Shown in pieces: positions 11,479 through 24,359 of a DNA stretch of 64,000 nucleotides; positions within the stretch are counted from its first letter, which is position 1; each line of letters begins with the position of its first letter. This DNA is from Eledone cirrhosa. Lineage: Eukaryota. A model generated the notes under the pieces. The model was not told the DNA's origin, made no database searches, and saw only the letters and a program-made list of their open reading frames with translations. The DNA is taken from NCBI GenBank assembly GCA_964016885.1, contig OZ024743.1, forward strand, positions 251,906,001-251,970,000, read 5' to 3'. The translations under genes were made by a program, and so were the position numbers.

Positions 11479-12950
11479 TGAACGGTCTTATAGGATTTAT
11501 GATTACAAAATCCAAATAAATCGGTTCTTCGATTTATTATTGTGTTGAAATTCGAGATAATGGTAATTTTTTCAACTAGACATAAATTACAAACACTAGA
11601 TATGGAAGCATTGGAGTATGGAGATGCGTTGTAGATTTTACGCCAAGAAATTTTGTAATTTATGTTTTTGTCTTTTAAGGACCAAATAAGTTTTGAGAGT
11701 GCGATGCTGGTCCTTTTAAGTGGAGATTTAAATGTAGAAGAATGATTATAGAATCTTACTTTAAAGGAGGTAGAAGTAGAGCCAATGTAGGTTATAGGTA
11801 TTGGTACTAGCTACCACTTTACATTCGTATACTAGGTTTTTATCGAGACATAAATTACTAAGAGGACAATTAGTTCTAATAGGGCAGTTGCATTTACGAT
11901 TAAGATTATTTACAGAGTTATTTGCAAATGGCCCAGGATTAATTATATTAGGATCAGGAGTGGTGGAATTAACTAAAGGAGGTGCTAAAGTTTCTAGATT
12001 TACATTACTATTTGATGCATTCCTCAAAGTTACGTTTGACGTCGTATTTATATTTGTGTTATTTTGCCTAGAGTTTACATTGACGTCGGGCCTTATACTG
12101 TTATTATTATGATTCTTATGGTTGGATGCATATGAGTTATGATTTAATATTTTAGAATTATGCCTTGAGATAATTTTTGAAATGTTCGAAGTAGTAGAAT
12201 ACGAGAATTTAAGAGTATGCCTATTGAAAATCTTGCTATATATATGTGAAGGAGGGAAGCTGTTTGTAAAGCCCTAAGAATAATTTAGGGATATTATTAA
12301 TGACGGAAAGAGAGAAGGGAGCGTTGTACCAAAGGATATTTTTATATCTAGGTCTTCTCCTTTTGTTAGTAGTATGATTATTACTAGCTAGATTACTAGA
12401 GTTATTATAACCTCTGCCAAGATTAAGTTCTTTAGTATACCCAATTTTGTCTAGATATCCCGCCCTAGATAGTGCATTATTATAATAGTTGGCATTAGCT
12501 TCGAAGATATCCTTATTAGAGGATAAATTAGAAATTCTTTTTCTACGCTTTTGACTATAGCAGTTTTAACATTATTAAGGTGGTTAGATTTAAAATTAAC
12601 GTAATTTAAGTTCTCATTATCCTTATGATATGGGTCATATAGACCAGTATCTAGATTAAGGGATATATCAAGGAACTTTGCTAGTTTATCATTATTCTCG
12701 AATTTAATTTTTAAGTTAAGATGCTTAAATAGATCAAGTATTTTTTTCTTAAGTATATTAAAGTTTAGAGTGTTACAATTGAAGACAGTAATAAGAGCAT
12801 CATCACGATAAATCCAACCGCAAACTTGGGATATTTTCAGGTTTAAAGAATTCAAGATGAAAATTTCAACTAAGTTGGTCACTTGAGCTGAATCCGAAGA
12901 ACCCACGGTGATGTCGAAATTGTTGGAAGTATCCGCTCTTGTCCAATAAA
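11479..12950 (-). pseudogene. Naiad-like Penelope retroelement ORF remnant (RT C-terminal half plus GIY-YIG)
   Basis: FDITVGSSDSAQV...IYRDDAL...FLDISLNLDTGLYDPYHK...SNH, then CNCPIRTNCPLSNLCL...VYEC...IGSTSTSFKVRFYNH...CNLCLVEK. Several frameshifts. Confidence 0.88.
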
Positions 12951-12979
12951 GCCATGTGCCTCCATAACAAAGCCATATG

Positions 12980-13021
<42 letters not shown>

Positions 13022-13103
13022 GGAAAGTTATATTTAAATTGTTGGGTTACAACTAGTAAATATTTATAACTGATATAAATATAGTTTCCATTTATTTAAT
13101 ATC

Positions 13104-13237
<134 letters not shown>

Positions 13238-13254
13238 TAATAAAATATATATAT

Positions 13255-13599
<345 letters not shown>

Positions 13600-13607
13600 T
13601 TTGTTAT

Positions 13608-13997
13608 GGAGGCACATGGCTTAGTGGTTAGAGCATTGGCCTTGCAATCGAAAGATTGTGAATTCTATTATCAGACCGGGTGATGTGTTGTTTCCTTAAG
13701 CAAGACACTTTATTTCACATTGCTCCAGTTTACTCAGCTGTAGAAATGAGATGATAGGACTGGGTTCCCTATCATTCCACTGCAAAGTGGTCGTGGAGGT
13801 GCCACAGCAAAAAAAAGCACCCAGCCCACACTGTAAAGTGGATGTCTAGGCGCCACAGAAAAAAAACACCCAGCACTCACTGTAAATGAGGTTGGTGTTA
13901 GGAAGGGCATCCAGCTGTACAACTCAAGCCAGAATCAGTTCCCCTCCCACCCTTGCAAGCAGGGAAAAGCGGACATAAAATGATTATGATGATGATG
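13608..13997 (+). mobile_element. Full-length SINE family A
   Basis: GGAGGCACATGGCTTAGTGGTTAGAGC head, CORE-like domain, RTE-like tail and (GAT)n. Confidence 0.88.
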
Positions 13998-14344
13998 TGT
14001 GTGTGTTTGTGCATAATGTGGTATATAATAGACTAGAAAAGAAGCCATAAGTGTGCAATAGAGATAGCCATCATCAACTCATCCTTCCATTATAGATATC
14101 CATTTAATCCAGAGATCCTAACTTTTCTTCAATTAATGTATCTTGCACGGGAAAGGATTCCACTCCTCATCTATTTCCACTTTCACAATGATCTCACTCT
14201 CTTTCTCCTTACCTCACCTCCCTTCTCTTGCTCTAAAGATGTTTGTGTGCGTGTACATATACATAAGCATACACAAAAACAAACACACACACACATATAT
14301 ATATATATACATACATACACATATATATATATATATATATATAC

Positions 14345-14770
14345 ATACACCTATGCTCCATAATATATGTATATATACACACACATACATACACCTACGT
14401 GCCATAATATGTGTATATATACACACACATACATACACCTACACTTCATAATATGTGTATATATACACACACATACATACACCTATGCTCCATAATATGT
14501 GTATATATACACACACATACACCTATACTCCATAATATGTTTAAATATACACACACATACATACATACACCTACACTCCATAATATGTGTATATAGTCAC
14601 ACACACCTATGCGCCATAATATGTGTATACACACACACACATACATACACCTACGTGCCATAATATGTGTATATATACTCACACATACATACACCTACAC
14701 TCCATAATACACTCCATAATATATGTATATATATATACACACACACACACATATACACCTACACTCCATA

Positions 14771-14838
<68 letters not shown>

Positions 14839-14880
14839 CCACATCCACATAATATATATATATACCCACAGTCCATAATA
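14345..14880. repeat. Minisatellite with unit of about 40-45 bp
   Basis: About 12 copies of ACACCTA(T/C)(G/A)CTCCATAATATGTGTATATATACACACACATACAT. Confidence 0.9.
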
Positions 14881-15129
14881 CATACACGATATGATTACAA
14901 TATTTTAACTAGCACATTGTTTATTTATTGTAAATTATGCACACATTATTAATGTTTGCATTAAAAAATGGTGGGTGGCAGTCAATCATTTATATTTTAG
15001 TGGTTAAGATGGATTGCTAGCAGAGAAAACAAACATTAAATGATGAGGATGTTGTTTTGTATTGTTATAATGTTGAAAGAATGATAGAAGCTTATGGTGA
15101 TTGGAGAATAGAAACTCATAAGCCAAATG

Positions 15130-16285
15130 GCATTAATACAGCGTAGCGTAGGACAAAATGCCTTTGCTATTTGTTCCAGTTCTCAGAGTTCTGAGTTCAA
15201 ATCCTGCTGGATCATTGTCAACTTTGCCTTTTATCATTCCATGCTTGATAAACTAAACTACCAGTCATCTGCTGTGGAAAAGATAATTGATACCCACCCC
15301 CTCAAAATAATTCTGGTGTTATACATAAATTTGTAATAAATACATAAATGATACTTAACTCTTGATGGAATTGTATAGGGAATTATAGTGGTAAAGCCCA
15401 TTCGTCTTCAAGTCAGAACACAGCTGAGAAAGAAAGAGATTGATTGAGAAGAAGTGAGAAGGGGACACAGTAGAAGAATCAACCTCAGTACTGGACTTTT
15501 TTTATCAAGCTTAAAAGAATGAAAGGCAAGGTTGACCTCAACAGGATTTGAACCTGAAGTGAACAAATAGCATAAAGTATTCTATCTGAAAGTAAAGGGC
15601 AATTAAATTCAGGTGGAGTTATAAGGGTTATAGAGGCATGTTTCTGGTGGAATTCATCCATCCCCAGATCAGAATACAACAGATTTCTTCTACAGAAAGA
15701 TGTAGAGGAAGAATTTACCCCATTACTTGACTGTTGTCATTTATCCACCTCACAGTTTTAAATCCAAAGCACAGTGAACTGGAATAAATAGTGAGGCATT
15801 TTTAATCCAACACCCTAAAAACTGAGTTCAAAACCTGCTGAGGTTAGCTTTGCCTTTCATTCTGATGGTGTCATTAAAATAAAGTACCAGTAATGCACTG
15901 GGACTATTTAATCGACTTACTCTTTCCCCCAAAGTTGTTAGCCTTGTGCCTGAATCAGTCTAAATCAAAAACAATTATTGATGTTGTTACAGATGGAGGT
16001 AGATTGACAGTGTTAATAAAGCTTCAAACAAATTACATCATCATATTTATTGAATGAGCATTTCAAATTTTACTAAGATCAAATTTGCTTTTCAACCTTC
16101 CAGAGTTGATGTAATAATGTTTCTACTTATGGCACAAGTCCAGCAATTACCCCAGTGCATTATTGGTACTTTATTTTATAGACCCCGTAAGAATGAAAAG
16201 CAAAGTTAACTTTGGCAGATTTGAACTGAGAACGTAAAGCCATAACACCATGCTACAAAGCATGGTGTCTGATGGTCTATCGATG
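15130..16285. mobile_element. Several degraded copies of SINE family B in both orientations
   Basis: Remnants of GAGTTCAAATCC...TTTGCCTTTCAT...AAAATAAAGTACCAGT at about 15130-15330(+), 15485-15590(-), 15820-15960(+) and 16115-16285(-). Confidence 0.7.
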
Positions 16286-16297
16286 AAATAAAATACC

Positions 16298-16765
16298 TGT
16301 TATATCCTGAGATCAATATAATTGGTTCCAACCTAATTTGGCACCTAAAATGGTTTACTGGACTTGTGCTTAAACTAAAAAACATTGTATGTGTTGTATA
16401 TATATTGTATATGCGCAAAGAAGACAAAATAAAATAAACAAACAAGCAAATAAATAAATAAATATATAGACAGACTGAATAAAAAATGGCGTAGACATAC
16501 AACACAACAGGAGGAAAAAATATAACACCACTGACGATGTTGCAGATTTATGATTTATGTAAATTATGTAAACTATATATATGTGTTTGTGTCTATATTG
16601 TATCTGTATTATTTTTGACCGTCGGTCAGTCAATGGCAACATTGAGGACCGATTAAGTTAGATCGCAGATATAAAAGACAGCGAGAAGCGAAAACCAACC
16701 AAACAGTGAGTGTGTTCTGTTATTAATTCTGGCAATATTACACAAATATGACCCTCCCCAAGTAT

Positions 16766-16769
<4 letters not shown>
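16298..16769 (+). mobile_element. Probable solo LTR
   Basis: Starts TGTTATA and ends TATAACA (TG...CA inverted termini), with TATAAAAG near 16670. No clean target-site duplication. Confidence 0.5.
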
Positions 16770-16862
<93 letters not shown>

Positions 16863-17699
16863 TAGGCTTTGAAACCCTAGATAGTATGCACTTCTGTTAA
16901 GAAATTATTTATCGTAATGTAATTTAGCACTGTACTAATATTCAGGATCTCTTTACACTATATGCATACATATATATGCATATAGTGTAAAGAGATTCTG
17001 AAGATTAGATAAAGGAAATGAGTGTTTATGCTGATTAACATAAACCGTTGAGTGCTTCACACCTGTTATAGAAAAATTGACTGATTTTAAATCAACCAAT
17101 TTTTATATATATATACTAGCAGCCATACCCGGCGTTGCCCGGGTAGAAGTCTACCATTAGTAAATAATTTTTTAAAGAGAAAACAACGTAGCACGACCCC
17201 CCCCCCCAAAAAAAAAAACATTTATTTTTAACCATAAGAAGTATGTGTTGTTCGATGAAAAAACGTAAAATATTATGGCATATGAAAGGTGAATGAGTGT
17301 AAAAGTGTGACGTTGACGCGGTGAAGCTCCAAACGCGAACTATGCCACAAAGAAGTCAGCAGCCCAAAAGGGAGTCACATGGAATGTATGACAATAATGT
17401 AGGATGTTTGACAATTTAGGGACTGAAGTCGTTGCGGGATGACGGAGATAATGTATAACGACTTTGAGTGAAAGGTACAAATGAGGGGGGGGGGGGGTGC
17501 CATACGTTTGCTACAGTAGAAACATGTACATTTTTCGTTATGCATTGCGTATATGTAGGCATTCTAATGATTTATGTAGTTTGAAATGCTTACCATTCTG
17601 TATAGTTGTGGCTGCCAATAGAAACTGTGACGTTGCTTTCCTTAGACTGATTGCAGTGGCATAGACCAAACATGAAGGACGCTCAAAATTCCTCAACAC

Positions 17700-18150
17700 A
17701 AATTCTGCACCAACCTCGATTGCAAAAGTAACAGAGAATAACGAATAGCGATTATTACGCCAAAAGAAAAATCCTGAAGCAACTTCTATTGCACGAGATG
17801 CAGTAAACGAAACACAACGTTCGATGCGACAGCAAATAAATGCTGAGGCAACTGCTGCTGCTTGAGGTGCAGAAAACGATTCTCAGCCCTGCGACAGAAA
17901 GCAAATATTGAGGCAACGTCTATTGCAGGAGATGCAGAGAACGAACCACAGCGTTCATTACGGCGGCATAGAAATGGTGAGGCAACTTCCGCAGCTCGAG
18001 CTGCATCAACCGAAACAAAGCGTCAACTGCGGCAGCAAAGAACTGTGAGTCAACGTCTGCTATTTGAGCTGTATCAACCGAAACACAGCGTCAACTGTGG
18101 CAGCAAGGACATGTGAATCAACGTCTGCTGCACGCGCTGGCGAATCCATG
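17700..18150 (+). pseudogene. Degenerate 23-aa (69-bp) STPR-like repeat coding segment inside Helitron A
   Basis: Units such as NPEATSIARDAVNETQRSMRQQI, NIEATSIAGDAENEPQRSLRRHR and NGEATSAARAASTETKRQLRQQR. About 6-7 units with stops and frameshifts. Confidence 0.6.
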
Positions 18151-18339
18151 GAAAACTGGCTCAACCAACCAGAGGGGAACGTGCATTTCAATACCGTGCA
18201 GCTCAAAGTGGTCACAACGTTTACAGTCGAAAAATATGGTGTTATGAATTTCAAGAAGGCAGTATGTCTACAATTTGGTAATTATTGAAAGCAGCGAGGT
18301 ATTTGATTGTGAGAAGACGGTTTGTGTCGCAGTGTTGAT

Positions 18340-21290
18340 TACAGAACTTCTTGGTACAGAATGTTTGTGGTTTTACCGTTTGGAGCAAATGCATAAAGGT
18401 TTCTTTTGCTTCCCACTCTGGAACATCCAACGTATAGCTGACCGTGCGAAAAGCATGGCTCTTCTAGGTTTATTCCCGCGACGGACAATGTTTGCCCTTG
18501 AGACTTATTCATCGTCATAGCGAAACTACAACGAACTGGAAACTGGAGCCTTCTAAATGAAAAGAGGATCTCTGATGTTGACGGACAAAGGGGAATCCTT
18601 TGGATAAAACATTTTCCCCCTTTTCACACTCCGAGATAATCGTGGCCTCGATCAAGTTTTGCGTTAGTTTATTTACTGTAAAGCGGAGTTTTGGTGGGTG
18701 TAGATTCCTCAAAAGCATAATTGGGCATCCTTGCTTAAGTTCCAATCGATGAGGGGTTCAATGAGTTAAGAAACGCAATTGGGTAGCTAAATGGGGTCTG
18801 TGACTGTATCGATGGACTTGTATGTACACGAAGCTGTAGGAAGAGACTTAAGCAGTTGTCCGTTGATTTTGTCGACAATCTTATTTTTCGGAGCCAGTAT
18901 TGTCCTTTCGCACAGCCAGTTTGGATTTTGGTAGTTAGTGCTCAACTCAGGGAATACTGCATCTGTCAAGTCATCAGCACTGTTGACTAAAGTGCAGACC
19001 GGTTCGAGGGAGATTTTTCATCTTCATCAAGTGGCACTTTGCCGTTCCTAAGTGTCAATAGGTTGGTAGCAAACTCTGATGACACCTGATCACCAAGCAT
19101 CCGAGCTCTCATGTTCGTAGAGAACGTTAATGTTGTGACATAACGCCAAAGCGGAGATGACTTTAAGCATGTTGGAATAGCATCAGCCCTTGTTCCTTTG
19201 GGAATAACAGGGAGGGTTTGTCTAAAATTTCCGGATAAAAGGACAGTCACGCCTCCCATGGGATCCTGGGAGTCTCTTATGTCTCTTAAAGTCCGGTCCA
19301 GTGCCTCCAAAGCTCCTTTATGAGCTATGGTACATTCGTCCCAAACTATAAGTTCACACCTTTTAAGCAGTTCTGCCTTTTCTGATCCTTTGGTAATATT
19401 ACAGCAGGGTGTGTCAATTGCTGTCATATTGAGGGGGAGTTTGAAGGCTGAATGTGCTGCCCTGCCCCCAGGAAGCAAGGTTGCTGCAATACCGGAAGAC
19501 GCAACAGCAAGTGCTATGTGTCTGTGTTGTCGAACCTTGGCAAGGAGAAGCCGTATGACAAAAGTCTTCCCTGTGCCTCCAGGGCGTCCAAGAAAAAGAT
19601 CCCTCCCTTACGACGGTGGACACAGTCAGCAATAGTGTTATATGCTCATTCCTGTTCCTGCAGCAGCATTGGTTCATGTTCAGTGACATATGTAGCCAAG
19701 CTGTCAGTGACGTAGGATAGTTCCCGAAGTATTTCTGCGGAAATGACGTCGGAGCCTGTTCTGTTGGTTTGGGGCAGGCCATATGTCTGCAGTGCATTCC
19801 CACCCATTGCATCAATCATATTTTCAATTTCAATAAGTGCTTTGTTGTAGATTTCATCTGTGAAGCCTACTTCCATTTCAGGAAGTTGTAATTGTGCTTG
19901 ATGTCAGAAGTCCTCAGAGAGGTCATCTCTGTACTTGTGCCACAAAAAGGAAGGATCGGGAAATTCACAAATGTACAGTAAGACAGCAAAAAGCTTCCTA
20001 AGGCTGTGTGGTATTTGTGAAACAACTGCTTCTGCCAAAGTGGCATCCCACTGAGCACCGTCTTCCAGTAGTCCACGCCTGAGGCAGGCCTCTCTGTACG
20101 TGTCGCAAATTTGGCCCTCAACAGTTCTTAGGTGTTGAAAACTGGTTGGTCCTCTTACGTAATGGAGAAGCATACGCAGGTAATAACATTCTTGGTAGAT
20201 GGGGGCCACTGTGTAAACTTGCGCCAGGCAGCTGTCAAAGTTAAAATCTGGATGACCATCAACGCTTTCACCTTTGATTCTTGGCTTCCATGAACATTTT
20301 TCCCATTTGTAGAAAGAGAGGACTTGGGGATACAGCAAAGTGCGAGCGAATGTGCCACCTTGACATAGTTGAAAGAATGCAGTAAGAATTGTGTTCCTTG
20401 GTTGCAGAGCCCTCAGAAAAGCTGTTTATTTTGTATAGTACACTCTTTGGCCGTTTTCCAGGTGCACAGCAAGGTGTTGGACGGCAGGGTATCTTCTGTG
20501 CATTGAGAAACGGTAAATTCGCCAAAAGGCCTCGCTGGTACTTATATATCGTGCTGATTGGTACTGTGCAACTTCATCCCGTTGGTTTTCTTCTTTAAGC
20601 CCGAACATGCAGACATATTTGATAGATTTAATAGAGTTGCATCATTCAACATTTATGTGGGAGCTGAACGCCTTGAGTAGTAATGGGCAGTACGGTACAA
20701 TCCATCGGTTGTCAATTTCATGTTTTCCAACCAGTGCTGTTAATCCTCCGTCCTCAGGGCTTCTTCGTCTGTATGATGGGTATCCGTCATCAGCAGTTTG
20801 AGTTTCGCGAAGGAAGGCTTTTGGGTATTTTTTGGAGCAAATACCGTTGTTCAAACACAGGGAGTTAGATTTGAAGCCACGTCCACAAGGACCGTGAAAC
20901 CATGTGCGCCGTAACCATGTCAAATAGGGTTTTGTCAGTTTACGGGTTTGGAAGCTCTGCGGATATGAACTTGTCGATGTCGTCTGCTCTGATTATTGTC
21001 GACAACCAAATAAGAATGTGAGCATGGGAGAGTCCCCGCTTCTGTCATTCAATTGTGTACATGTAACATTGCACACGTCCAAATACCTGGCCCTTTGTGA
21101 TAAGGTCCATTAGTTTGTATACTTTTAGCTCGAAGACTCTGGATAAGAGGTCATGGCGACCGCTGGGCTGTTGTCCTGGAAGGAGTTCATGGGAAATTTC
21201 TTGCCACGAAGGATTGCATGTAAAAGTAATAAATAGGTCTGGTTTGCCGTACTCGCGCACATACGTCATCGCATCCTGTGTTCTCCTGGG
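18340..21290 (-). pseudogene. Helitron RepHel (HUH Rep plus PIF1-like helicase) pseudogene
   Basis: Rep motifs GKPDLFITFTCNP, IE*QKRGLPHAHILIWL, DGYPSYRRR, DNRWIVPY. Helicase motifs GTGKTF, GIAATLLPGGRAAHS, LIVWDE, GNFRQTLP, NKSQGQT, FSHGQLYVGCSRV. Confidence 0.95.
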
Positions 21291-21489
21291 CTTGGCCTCA
21301 AACGGGAACATACCAGGTGTACAACTATGGTCATTTGAGACCAAAGGGAGACTTTGCCCTATATATATAGATATATATATAGATAGATATATACACATAT
21401 ATTCATATATATAAATATATATACACATATACATACATATAAATACATACATTATATATATATTTATATATATATAGAGAGAGAGATAT

Positions 21490-21522
21490 ATAACAATTTG
21501 TCAGCATTTTCTTTTCCTTTTA

Positions 21523-21562
<40 letters not shown>

Positions 21563-21850
21563 TAAAAGGAAAAGAAAATGCTGACAAATTTTTCCCAGTG
21601 AAAAATAGTTTAATTAGGAATAAGTATAAATTAGTAATAAGTATTGGTTAGTATTCAGTTTTAGTTTTAAGTTTTTACCGGTTGCCCATTTCTAATGCTT
21701 TTCAAAAGTTATTTTGAGATAGAGCGCCCGTGATGTTTGCTCTAAACGGGCGCTCTATCTCAAAATTATTTTTGAAAAGCATTAGTTTCAGAAGATCCCG
21801 TTAAGGGTGAAAACAGCGATTGTTTGCTTAAACTTTAATCTGTTATTTTA
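21490..21850 (+). mobile_element. Penelope-type hairpin-rich insert within Helitron A
   Basis: Inverted repeat at about 21494-21524/21560-21590, 40-bp-arm hairpin at 21692-21785, degenerate hammerhead-like motif at 21784-21834. Flanked by a direct repeat ATACATACATATAAATACATACATTATAT. Confidence 0.5.
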
Positions 21851-22132
21851 ATAAATATATATTTATATATATACATACATACATACATACATATAAATAC
21901 ATACATTATATGAACACACTCACGCACGCAAATGCTCAAACGCACGGACACTCACTCACGCACGTGTGCACGTACACACACATGTTAATAGATTTAACTC
22001 GTACTGGAACACTGCACGAACACACACGCACACATGTTAATTAGTTAAGGTTTTCCTGCCCCTCTTCCACTGTCCTGCCCCTCTTCCTCTTCCTGCCCCT
22101 CTTCCATTGTCATGTATCAAACGCAGCGTCTG

Positions 22133-22167
<35 letters not shown>

Positions 22168-22454
22168 CTCTCTCGCTATCCCCCTCTTTTAGACTGTTTC
22201 TTTCACTCTCACTCTTTCTTTTTCATTTTTATAGATATAGAGATTTTTTCTGTGCAAAGTCGTACCTATAGTCAGTTTTATCGATTTTTTACCTGGACAA
22301 AGGGGGAGTCGATCATTCGCAATGTCGTGTCGACCTGCTCTGATAAATTCGTGGTTGATTACAAAAAAAAGTTTGAAAATCGGCCTTGTGGATGAAAAGT
22401 TGCTGCGAAACAGACACACACAAACAGACAGACATTTTCATTTTTATAGATATA

Positions 22455-22770
22455 TATGTAAAAGGTAAACAGAAATAACAACACAATTGGTAGAGTATAT
22501 GGAAGGGATATATTAGGTTAACGCTTGATATAGCAGGAAGAGGGCCTTAATGTTTCGGATGCGAGTCCTTCATCAGAAGAAAGAATGAGAAATAAGATAG
22601 ATTGAGGGGACGGGCGAGTTGGAATTGGAAAAAATGTTTTTAGATAAAAATAACAGGTCCATTCATGTTGACATCACTTCCCAAACTGTTGGTGCTGGCG
22701 TTTGTGTATGATTTATTTTTTAGAAAAGTGGATGATGGAGCGCGTCTACCTGAAATGGAAAAAAAAACTA
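22455..22770 (-). mobile_element. Penelope terminal-repeat remnant with a minimal hammerhead variant
   Basis: Minus strand CTT-CTGATGA-A-GGA-CTCGCA-TCC-GAAACATT-AAG at 22545-22580. A deleted second copy lies at about 49318-49485. Confidence 0.6.
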
Positions 22771-23043
22771 TTGTGTAAAAAGAGCTATACTTGTGCACAT
22801 GCGTAAGCATGCATGCGTGTGTGTATGTATGTGTGTTATTATACGTCCGTACGAAGCTAAGAAGAAATGTGTGTGTATATGTGAGTAAAAGAGTGTGGGT
22901 GCATCTAAGTACGAAGCTATGAGCAAAAGTTTGTTAATATAAGGGTGTGTATGTGTGTATACAAAGCAGTGAAGGTAAACATTGATGAAATTCAATTCAA
23001 GCACTCTTCATACTTTTTCCACATAGGAATGACGGAGTATATT

Positions 23044-23463
23044 TAGAATAAGAAAATGTGAAGTAGTTTTAGATGTTAAAGTCCTGTATTGATAAGGCTG
23101 TAATACATATTTCAATGACGACAGTGGCCACACAATTCCGCCTAACCTGTGCCATGATCTCATCAGACAGCTTCTTACATAATAAGGTTACATTCTCAAG
23201 GCAATCCAAATTAAAATGACTAGGGAATGGATAAAGATGATGTTCTTGAAGACTTTGCTCATTCCCTTGTCATCATCTTTGTCTGTTCCCATGTCATTTT
23301 AATTTGGATTGCGTCGAAAATGTAACCTTATTTTTTAAGAAGCTCTCTGATGAGATCATGGCACTGTTTTCACAGAATCGGGTGGCCACTCTCATCATTG
23401 AAACATGTATCACTGCCTTATCAATAAAGGACTTTAACATCTGAAACTACTTCACATTTTCTT

Positions 23464-23469
<6 letters not shown>
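23044..23469. repeat. Imperfect palindrome of about 425 bp with a hammerhead-like motif in each arm
   Basis: Arms of about 200 bp are reverse complements. Motifs at 23097-23171(-) and 23342-23416(+). Confidence 0.85.
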
Positions 23470-23523
<54 letters not shown>

Positions 23524-23526
<3 letters not shown>

Positions 23527-23615
23527 TGCGTCTCCAGGACGTGGCAGCGATAATGAGGGACAGAGACCGCTGGAGAGAACTCGTCCATGGATCTCGGGAA
23601 TTTTACCTGCCTTAG
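23524..23615 (+). mobile_element. Very short 3' fragment of the second RTE-type LINE family
   Basis: QDVAAIMRDRDRWRELVHGSREFYLP*, homologous to the 1509-1590 segment and embedded in (TA)n. Confidence 0.75.
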
Positions 23616-24136
23616 ATAGATATATATATATATATATATATATATGGGGATAGATAATACAAATGAAAGGGAAAGGCAATCAACACATAATGTGGAATTT
23701 GGAGTATTTACATTAAGTTTCTTAACAGCATACACACACACAGACACATATATAAATGTGTGTGTGTATGTACAAAACGCCATTTCATTTTAGCAGCACC
23801 AGTTGAAGTGATGTCCCATGTTCATGTAAGGTAATATTAGTAAACTTAATCAGACAGCTGTATCCTCTAATTCAATTAAAATTATTTCAGACTCTCTCTC
23901 TCTCGGTTCTGTCTAACTTATTTAGCCATTATATAGCATATAAATATCTCTTCTCTTACCAATTCTTATTCATGTACAGACATCCACAGTACATCACAAA
24001 CTATGTACGAGTATGTGTGTTTATATGTGTGTGTATGTATAAATGGCATGTGTGAGTTTGAGTCACACATGTGATGGTGTTCATTTCTTTCCAGCTCTAG
24101 GGGAAAACATGCATTGAAGCCATTAAGATAATATAT

Positions 24137-24327
24137 AATTGTTTCTATGTTAGGCACAAGGCCAGCAATTACCCAGTGTATTACTGGTACTTTATTTTAT
24201 CGACCCCGTAAGGATGGAAGGCAAAGTTAACCTTGGCGAGATTTGAACTCAGAATGGCAAGAGCTGTAACTCTATACGTCAAAGCATGGCGTCCGACCAC
24301 CTACCAATACTGCCAATCCACCGCCTA
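24137..24327 (-). mobile_element. tRNA-derived SINE family B (central domain resembles the Meta/Sauria-type domain)
   Basis: GGCGGTGGATTGGCAGTATTGG head, GAGTTCAAATC B box, GTTAACTTTGCCTTCCATCCTTACGGGGTCGATAAAATAAAGTACCAGT domain and (ATT)n tail. Confidence 0.8.
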
Positions 24328-24359
24328 TTAAGATAATATATAATATATATATATATAAC

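Larger units (their letters stand above)
17116..22450 (-). mobile_element. Helitron A (decayed autonomous element)
   Basis: 5' end A|TCTATAAAAATG at 22450, with a second such start at 22235. 3' hairpin ACCCGG-GCAACG-CCGGGT plus CTAG|T at 17116. RepHel remnants inside. Confidence 0.9.

Noticed and set aside
11500-11900. Possible selenocysteine (in-frame TGA) recoding, reported for some Naiad Penelope elements
   Set aside because: The conserved Cys positions I checked (CNC, CPL..C, CxxC) are TGT/TGC here, at 62820-63130 and at 7285-7300.
13608-13680. tRNA gene
   Set aside because: A and B boxes are present, but it is the head of a multi-copy SINE and I see no complete cloverleaf.
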